63,955 nucleotides of DNA from Acidobacteriota bacterium (GTDB lineage Bacteria > Acidobacteriota > UBA4820 > DSQY01), in contig JBMFSH010000015.1 in the NCBI GenBank assembly GCA_049967655.1, forward strand, positions 1-63,955, written 5' to 3'. The position numbers and the translations under genes are program-made. The notes beneath the pieces are model-generated. The model was not told the origin of the DNA. It worked only from the letters and a program-made list of their open reading frames with translations, and made no database searches. Below, piece after piece: positions 58,090 through 63,955 of this stretch (its first letter is position 1; every line of letters starts with the position of its first letter).

Positions 58090-59746
58090 GGTCGTCCTCC
58101 CCTTCTGCGGGCCGCCGCGGGAAGAGGGCTACGGCCCGCGTGCCCCCGCCCTCCCTGGGCTCCAGCCGGATCGAGGCGCCCATCCTCCGGAGCAGCGCGT
58201 CCACCACGAAGAGCCCTAGTCCCGTGCCCGTTTCCTTGTTCGTCACGAAGGGTTCAAAGAGGTGGCCCGCCACGGACTCGGGGACGCCGGGGCCGTTGTC
58301 CTCCACCTTGAGGACCACCCCGCCGGGCTCCTCGGCGAGGCTCACGCGGACCGTGCCCTCCGCGCCCCTCTGGGCGGCCGCGTCCCTGGCGTTCAGCATG
58401 AGGTTCATGGCCACCTGGATAAGGGCCTGCTGGTCCCCCATCAGGACCGGCGACTCCTCCGAGACCTCCCACTCCAGCCTGGGCCCCTCCTCGAAATGGG
58501 GCTCCAGGAGCCTCCTGGCCACCGAGAGCCAGTCCTCCGGCCTCAGCACTCCCGAGGGGCCCAGGCTCCGCCGTCCCGCCATGGAGAAATCGCGCAGAAT
58601 AGACTGCGCCGCCTTCAGGTACTCCCGGAGCTTGTTCAGGTCCTCCTGGGTCGGCGTGCGCCCCTCCAGGGCCATCTCCTCGAGGCGGAGCCTGGCCGGG
58701 TTGAGCGCGTTGTTGAGCTCGTGCGAAAGCCCCGCACCGATCCTCTCCATGAGCCCCAGCCGCTGGGCCGTGAGGAGCTGCTCCTTCTGTTCCTCCATGC
58801 GCACCAGGAGCCCGTCGAAGGCCTGGCCCAGCCACTCCGGCTCGCCGACGTCGGGCTGTTCCACCGGCTTTTCATCCCGCGCCCATCCCTCCATCCTCCG
58901 CGCCAGGGCCACCACCGGGGCCACCACGTCCCTCCGCAGGGCCTTCATCAGGGAGACCCACCAGAGCACCCAGGTGCCGAGCAAAAGAAGGAGCAGGAGG
59001 GCGAGGATCAGAAGCCCTCCGTTCAGCGTCCAGGTGATCTCCGTGGTGACCCGCCCGAGCACCCCGCGGTCCATGAGCAGGAAGGCCGTGCCCCAGCGGC
59101 GCGTCTGCACGTAGAGGGGCAGAACCACCAGGAGACGTTCCGGGGAGAGGTCCAGAGTAGCCCGGCCGGCGGGAGGGTGGATGTCCGGCGGGACCTCCTC
59201 CCCCGCCTGCAAGACGACGAGGCCGCCGCTGCTCACGAGGCGCACGCCGCGCAGGTGATCGGAGAAGGTTACCCTCGCCCAGAGGTCCTCCTCGATGCCG
59301 CGCGCCGTCTCCCGCAGGCTCTTCTCGTAGACCGCCTCGCGCGCGTCCTCCACTTGGCTCAACGTCACCTCTAGTCCCATCTGCAGGGCGCGATACCAGA
59401 TGAGGGTGTCGGGCAGCTCTACGTTGGCTCGGACCAGATCCAGGAGTTCGGGCGGCGGCGGGACGGCGTTCTTGTCGGTCTCGGGCGCCTCGTTGAGAAG
59501 GCTGCGCTCGATGAGGTGGACCTTGAGCACCCGGGGGTCCGAAGCCAGGTCGTAGAGGAGCATTCGGCCCACCGCCAGCCCCTCGCCGCGCACGTAGTCG
59601 TCCATCTCCCGGCGGATCTCCCGGAGCTGGCCCCGCCACACCACCAGCAGGAGGGTCAGGGAGACCAGCGTGAACAGCGCCACGGCCAGAGCCGCCCGCA
59701 CCGCCAGCCCCTTCAGCCTCGGCTCGAGCCTCCCCGTGGCCCTCAT
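58079..59746 (-). CDS. Membrane sensor histidine kinase
   Basis: 2 TM, HAMP-like linker, SHELNNAL, NLMLNARDA, DNGPG, FEPF, GTGLGL. Confidence 0.9.
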   Translation of the reverse strand: MRATGRLEPRLKGLAVRAALAVALFTLVSLTLLLVVWRGQLREIRREMDDYVRGEGLAVGRMLLYDLASDPRVLKVHLIERSLLNEAPETDKNAVPPPPELLDLVRANVELPDTLIWYRALQMGLEVTLSQVEDAREAVYEKSLRETARGIEEDLWARVTFSDHLRGVRLVSSGGLVVLQAGEEVPPDIHPPAGRATLDLSPERLLVVLPLYVQTRRWGTAFLLMDRGVLGRVTTEITWTLNGGLLILALLLLLLLGTWVLWWVSLMKALRRDVVAPVVALARRMEGWARDEKPVEQPDVGEPEWLGQAFDGLLVRMEEQKEQLLTAQRLGLMERIGAGLSHELNNALNPARLRLEEMALEGRTPTQEDLNKLREYLKAAQSILRDFSMAGRRSLGPSGVLRPEDWLSVARRLLEPHFEEGPRLEWEVSEESPVLMGDQQALIQVAMNLMLNARDAAAQRGAEGTVRVSLAEEPGGVVLKVEDNGPGVPESVAGHLFEPFVTNKETGTGLGLFVVDALLRRMGASIRLEPREGGGTRAVALFPRRPAEGEDDHGP

Positions 59747-60882
59747 CTAGCCCCCTTGGCCCTCAGCCGCGCCTCTGCCCGGCGGAGGGCCTCCTCGGGC
59801 GCCATGGGCCCTGCCAGGGCGTCCTGGATGGCTCCCATGACGATCTCGTCCCCCTGGGGCCCCAGGTCCGGCGGGGCATGGAACCGGGTGTGCTGGAAGG
59901 CCGTGAAGACGGGGCCGCCCCTCTGCCCTCCGGCCGATGCCAGCACGGGCTGCCACCCCTTCTTCCGGAGGTAGGCCTGGAAGGGCTCGGAGAGCAGCGT
60001 GCGCCAGGTGGAGGGATCGGTCAGGCTGCCGGCGGGGCACGTCAGGCACCACCCGTCGAAGATGCAGTGCGCCTGACCGGAGGCGGCGGGAAGGGGCGCC
60101 ACCGCGTAGCGGGAGGGAGAGGGGGCGGCCTCGAGGAGCCCCTCCGCCTCGTGGCCCGTGCAGAAGAGCACGGCGGCCCTGCCCTCGCGCATGAGCGCTC
60201 TCCCCGGCTCGGTTTCGCCCGAGCGGTCCGCGAGCGAGAACTCCTGCATGAACCGCAGGGCGTACACCTTGGGATAGCTGTAGAGGTTGGGGCTATCGCT
60301 CCCCTCGTAGCTCCAGGCCAGCGCCCAGAAGAGCTGGTCGTCCGGCAGGTCGGAGGCCACGGGGGCCTCCAGTTCGGGGTGGAGCGCGGCAATTTGGAGG
60401 AGCGCGTCCCGGAGCCCCGCCAGGGTGTCGGGCCGCGGCAGCCCCACGGAAGACCAGAGGTCCTGCCGGTAGAGCAGGACGGGGCCGTCCAGGGTCAGCG
60501 GCAGAGCCAGGACGCCGCCCTTCGTAGCGAGACTCGCGGCGAGGTCCGGCCGGACCCCTTCCAGCCACTGAGCTGGCAGGGGCCGCGTCCACGGCGCCAG
60601 CAGTCCCACCCACCGACCCGGCACCACCATCCCCGCGAAGGCCGGCGACCGGCTCGCGAAGAGCAGCACCTCCAGGTCCCTGGCCCGGTCGTAGGGGCGC
60701 AGCGTCACGAAGGTCGCCGGCCCCAGCTCCGCGTGCGGCCCGAAGGCCAGCACCTTCTCCAGCTCCGGCGGCACCCCGATCCGCTGCGGCCCCTGCGCCT
60801 CGGGGGGGGGTGAGCAGGCCGAGGCGGCGAGGAGGAGCAGCAGCAGGGGAGCCGTCAGAAGGGCCGGGAACCGGACTCGCAT
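59743..60882 (-). CDS. Lipoprotein extracellular solute-binding protein (family 1-like)
   Basis: Lipobox AASAC; ALPLTLDGPVLLYRQDL, PEEALRRAE; the ORF-track extension to 61053 is translated tandem repeat. Confidence 0.75.
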   Translation of the reverse strand: MRVRFPALLTAPLLLLLLAASACSPPPEAQGPQRIGVPPELEKVLAFGPHAELGPATFVTLRPYDRARDLEVLLFASRSPAFAGMVVPGRWVGLLAPWTRPLPAQWLEGVRPDLAASLATKGGVLALPLTLDGPVLLYRQDLWSSVGLPRPDTLAGLRDALLQIAALHPELEAPVASDLPDDQLFWALAWSYEGSDSPNLYSYPKVYALRFMQEFSLADRSGETEPGRALMREGRAAVLFCTGHEAEGLLEAAPSPSRYAVAPLPAASGQAHCIFDGWCLTCPAGSLTDPSTWRTLLSEPFQAYLRKKGWQPVLASAGGQRGGPVFTAFQHTRFHAPPDLGPQGDEIVMGAIQDALAGPMAPEEALRRAEARLRAKGAR

Positions 60883-60902
60883 GGTGCGAGTATAGCAAAG
60901 GT

Positions 60903-61046
60903 GGTGGAGGGTGGTGGGCGGTGGAGGGTGGAGGGTGGAGGGTGGAGAGTGGAGGGTGGAGGGTGAAGCTGCGGCTTCGCTTCGCCTTGCCCTCCCTTGT
61001 CCCCTGTCCCCTGTCCCTTGTCCCCTATCCCCCGTCCCCTGTCCCC
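60903..61046. repeat. Tandem heptamer arrays (GGTGGAG)n and about 7x TGTCCCC
   Basis: Read directly. Confidence 0.9.
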
Positions 61047-61083
61047 AAAACAAAGGGGCGGGCCGAAGCCCGCCCCTGGGTGG
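61047..61083 (-). terminator. Intrinsic terminator, copy 1
   Basis: AGGGGCGGGC-TTCG-GCCCGCCCCT followed by TTGTTTT on the minus strand. Confidence 0.85.
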
Positions 61084-61100
61084 CGGCCGATGGAGGCCGC

Positions 61101-63428
61101 CTAGCGCGTGTAGCTGGTAGTGGCCGTGCCTCCGTCCGTGTTGACGAGTTCGATGGCCACGCTCTGACCCTTGGGGAAGAGGGCCTTGAGGGAGGCGCCC
61201 CCCTTGAGGAGCAGGAGGGTCGAGCTCTTCGGCAGCGTGTTGCTCCAGGGCGTCGCGGAGCCGCCGATGAAGACCTGAATGCCGCTCTTGAAGTTGCTCC
61301 CCGTCACCTTGAGGCGGAAGGGGTTAACCAGCTTGGTCACGCCGGAGACGACGGGTGGCTGAACCAGGATCGTGAGGGAGTAGGCCTGGCTCCCCGTGCA
61401 GCCGTTGGCGTCGGTGGCGGTGACGGTAAAGCTGGTGCTGCCCGAGGCCGTGGGGGTGCCGCTCAAGAGGCCGGAGCTGCTCAGCGCGAGGCCGGCGGGT
61501 AGGGCGCCCGAGGTGACGGCGTAGGTGTAGGGCGCGGCCCCGCCCGAGGCCGAGATCGGGGCGCTGTAGGCCGTGGCATCCACACCGTTCGGCAGGGTGG
61601 AGGGCGAGAGAGAGATGGCCGGGCAGGCCGCCCAGTGGGTCACGAGAGCCGTCGCGTCGGCGGTCCCCAGCCCCGTGCACGGGTCGTAGCCCACACCGCA
61701 AGAGAAGCCCGCAAAGCTCGGCACCGAGTTGTTGCCCGTGGTCACGTCGTGGAAGACGGCGGGGGCGCCGCCCGCGTACTGGGCGTTGCCGAGCTGGTAG
61801 AGCCGGATGTTGGCGTTGCCCTGGGGCTTGTTGCTGCTCTTCTGAACGATCAGAGCCATCAGCCCGGCGAAGGAGGGGGAGGAGGCGGAGGTGCCGCCTA
61901 CCGCGCCGATCTGCCCGCCCGATGCGATCAGATAGCCGTCGTGGCCCGCCGCCGAGAGGGCCACGTCGGGCACGTCGCGCATACCGTCCGCGGGCACCCC
62001 CGGCGCCACCTGCCAAGAAGGTTTCGCATAGATCGTGGAAACGCCGCCGCCCGTGGCCCAGTCGCCCGAGCCGCCGGAGACCGTGCCGCTTTCATTCCAT
62101 GCCTCCTCGGGGATGTAGGCGAGTGCCGAACCGTAGGCCGAGCTGTTGCTACTCGACCAGTACTGGCTCGGGTTGGCCGTGTCCATGAACTCCGAGCCGC
62201 CCACGCAGACGGTGTAGGGAGTGGATCCCAGCCCGTTCACGCCCACGGCGATAGAATTGCCGTTGTTATCCTGGCAGCCCCCGGCGCCGTTGTCGCCCGC
62301 AGAGACGAAGGCCGTGATCCCCTCCGCCGCCGCCTGCTGGTAGAGGCTGTTGTAGAAGGCGTTCCCGGAGCTCCCCATCTCTGCCTCGCACATGCCGTAG
62401 CTCGTGCTCATGATGGGGGCCAGGTTGTTGTCCACGATGTACTGCGCCGAGAGGTCGACGCCGTCCGTGCTGTAGGTGGACGCCGACTCCACGTAGGCGA
62501 TGGTGGCGTAGGGAGCCACGGCACCCGACCACTCCACATCCAGGTCGGCCTCGACCTCATCGCTCGTCGTGCCGGGGTCGGTGCCGTTCACGATGATCGT
62601 CGGCGGGTTATTCGGCAGGCCGAAGGTGCTCCGGAAGCCGTTGATGTCCGAGAGGGCGATGTCGGTCCGGCCCACGATGGCGATGGTGACGCCCGCGCCG
62701 GTGATGCCGGAGGAGTAGAGCGGATTCACGTCGTAGATCGTGGCGAAGTCGGCCGGGGCGAGGTAGTGGCTGCCGTCCGACGCCGTGAATTCGGCCCTCG
62801 GCCCGGCCGGACAGAGCGGCGCGAGGGGCCGAAAGCCTGAGTTCATGGGCTTGATGGGGAAATTGTTCAGCGAGACCACGCCCGCCACCACCCCCACGAG
62901 CGCCCTGGGGATGGCCGGGTCCTGCGTGTTGGCGTGGCGCATCTTGCCCTCCACATAAAAGTCGTGGATGCTCGTGTGAAAGGCCCGCTCCACCTGAGCC
63001 ACCGTGCCCGAGACGTTGATCCACATGCGCCCCTTGGCTACCTCGTCGATGTGGAAGCCCTCCGACTTCAGCCATCCGGTCACCAGGGCCAGGTCGGCCT
63101 GGCTCGGCCCGAAGCGCTTGCCGAACTGCTCCGGCGTGAGCCAGCGGTGGTAGTCGGGGGAGGAGGGGTCCTGCTGGTCGGCGAGGAACTGCTTCAGCTC
63201 GGCCTCCTTGGCCGGACTGCGCTTGAGCTGGACGATGATGCGGTTCATGGGGAGGGCCGGGTCGGTCGGACCGAAATCGTTCTCCGGCCGCGCCTGCGCC
63301 GGCACGTTGCCGGGAAGCCTCACCACCTGCTGGTTGTCGATGGCCGGCGCCGCCGCGCTGGCGCCAAGGGCCGACACCGCCAGGAAGAGCGCCGTGACCA
63401 AGGTTACGAACACCATGGGTCTTCTCAT
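61101..63428 (-). CDS. Secreted S53 (sedolisin/kumamolisin) peptidase with prodomain, Ig-like domain and conserved C-terminal domain
   Basis: Signal peptide; prodomain WLTPEQFGKRFG; EADLD, SAGDNG, GGTSASSP; Ig-like GALPAGLAL..SGTPT; SD AAGGAG before 63428. Confidence 0.92.
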   Translation of the reverse strand: MRRPMVFVTLVTALFLAVSALGASAAAPAIDNQQVVRLPGNVPAQARPENDFGPTDPALPMNRIIVQLKRSPAKEAELKQFLADQQDPSSPDYHRWLTPEQFGKRFGPSQADLALVTGWLKSEGFHIDEVAKGRMWINVSGTVAQVERAFHTSIHDFYVEGKMRHANTQDPAIPRALVGVVAGVVSLNNFPIKPMNSGFRPLAPLCPAGPRAEFTASDGSHYLAPADFATIYDVNPLYSSGITGAGVTIAIVGRTDIALSDINGFRSTFGLPNNPPTIIVNGTDPGTTSDEVEADLDVEWSGAVAPYATIAYVESASTYSTDGVDLSAQYIVDNNLAPIMSTSYGMCEAEMGSSGNAFYNSLYQQAAAEGITAFVSAGDNGAGGCQDNNGNSIAVGVNGLGSTPYTVCVGGSEFMDTANPSQYWSSSNSSAYGSALAYIPEEAWNESGTVSGGSGDWATGGGVSTIYAKPSWQVAPGVPADGMRDVPDVALSAAGHDGYLIASGGQIGAVGGTSASSPSFAGLMALIVQKSSNKPQGNANIRLYQLGNAQYAGGAPAVFHDVTTGNNSVPSFAGFSCGVGYDPCTGLGTADATALVTHWAACPAISLSPSTLPNGVDATAYSAPISASGGAAPYTYAVTSGALPAGLALSSSGLLSGTPTASGSTSFTVTATDANGCTGSQAYSLTILVQPPVVSGVTKLVNPFRLKVTGSNFKSGIQVFIGGSATPWSNTLPKSSTLLLLKGGASLKALFPKGQSVAIELVNTDGGTATTSYTR

Positions 63429-63477
63429 CGTCGGCTCCTTTCGACCGCCCGCCCGTGTAAGGCGTAGGATTGCGTTA

Positions 63478-63506
63478 AGGATACCATAGTTGTCCCGTTT
63501 GGGCAA
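63478..63506 (-). promoter_or_regulatory. Sigma70 promoter of the S53 gene
   Basis: TTGCCC-N17-TATCCT with extended TG. Confidence 0.55.
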
Positions 63507-63531
63507 TCACCGGGACGGTGGATGTCGTGAC

Positions 63532-63667
63532 GGTGGAGGGTGGAGGGGCTTGCTAAGACGTTTTGGCCGAATCCCCAATTCTTGGTGTCTTGGTGCCTTG
63601 GTGGTGCTCTCTTTTTGGGGGCAGGATTCTTTTCCAAAATCTTGGTGCCTTGGTGCCTTGGTGGTGG
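63532..63667. repeat. Composite intergenic repeat copy
   Basis: 2x GGTGGAG, AAGACGTTTTGGCCGAATCCCCAA, two blocks of 3x CTTGGTG. Confidence 0.8.
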
Positions 63668-63703
63668 TTTCTTTTTCGAGGTTCCCTGCTTCTCAGGCGC
63701 ACT

Positions 63704-63738
63704 AAAAAAGGGGCGGGCCGAAGCCCGCCCCTGGGTGG
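63704..63738 (-). terminator. Intrinsic terminator, copy 2
   Basis: Same hairpin as copy 1, followed by a T tract. Confidence 0.88.
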
Positions 63739-63754
63739 AGTCGCCCGTCGCCCT

Positions 63755-63955
63755 TCAGCGCTGGAAGGTGAAGGGCTGAGAGGTGATCAGAGTGTCCTTG
63801 TTGGTGACGGTGATCTGGACCGGGACGCCCTTCGGGAGCATGGTTTTGAGCACGGCGCCGCCCTTGGCGATGATCTTCGAGCCGTCCTTCCAGCTCGCCT
63901 CGGGCACCAGCTGTCCGTTGATGCTCACGCTGCAGTTCGGGCTGAAGTTGCTTCC
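63755..63955 (-). CDS. C-terminal end of a gene entering from the right edge; shares its C-terminal domain with the S53 protein
   Basis: Manual translation GSNFSPNCSVSINGQLVPEASWKDGSKIIAKGGAVLKTMLPKGVPVQITVTNKDTLITSQPFTFQR*. Confidence 0.8.
   Translation of the reverse strand, partial: GSNFSPNCSVSINGQLVPEASWKDGSKIIAKGGAVLKTMLPKGVPVQITVTNKDTLITSQPFTFQR

Noticed and set aside
60883..61053. N-terminal extension of the binding-protein ORF (GQGTGDR / STLHPP repeats)
   Set aside because: Translation of non-coding heptamer repeats; the lipoprotein signal starts at 60882
9686..63667. Repeat arrays as a CRISPR array
   Set aside because: Units are 7-8 bp with no unique spacers, and no cas genes are present

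Overview
High-GC bacterial chromosomal segment from a diderm (lptB/lptC, msbA, lipoproteins). Gene content and repeat style suggest Acidobacteriota or a deltaproteobacteria-like lineage; this is inference only. Housekeeping content: lipoate ligase plus a 2-oxoacid dehydrogenase E1a/E1b/E2/E3 operon, purF, an ECF sigma/anti-sigma pair, a LarA-family protein, tRNA-Asn, an lptC/A-lptB-rpoN-hpf-hprK-rapZ-EIIA-HPr-EI cluster, epmA, amidase, GT2-msbA, nrdR-hsp20-lon, NFACT, rhomboid, polyprenyl synthase and HAD hydrolase. No integrase, transposase, CRISPR array or rRNA was seen. Most notable: (1) two adjacent genes share an unnamed ~65-85 aa C-terminal domain and an identical 32-bp terminator, a candidate protein-sorting signal; (2) a tightly coupled binding protein-MCP-CheW operon contains a DeoC homologue lacking its catalytic residues; (3) a secreted papain-like/lectin/PKD protein, missed by the ORF track, has lost its catalytic triad; (4) an archaeal-type (AsnRS-paralogue) asparagine synthetase sits divergent from asnC, near tRNA-Asn; (5) a cytochrome c-DUF3373-octaheme OTR-cytochrome b-TorD cluster has no molybdoenzyme in the window; (6) a dispersed composite heptamer/octamer repeat element recurs in intergenic spacers. 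All family calls come from motif recognition by eye, not database searches.
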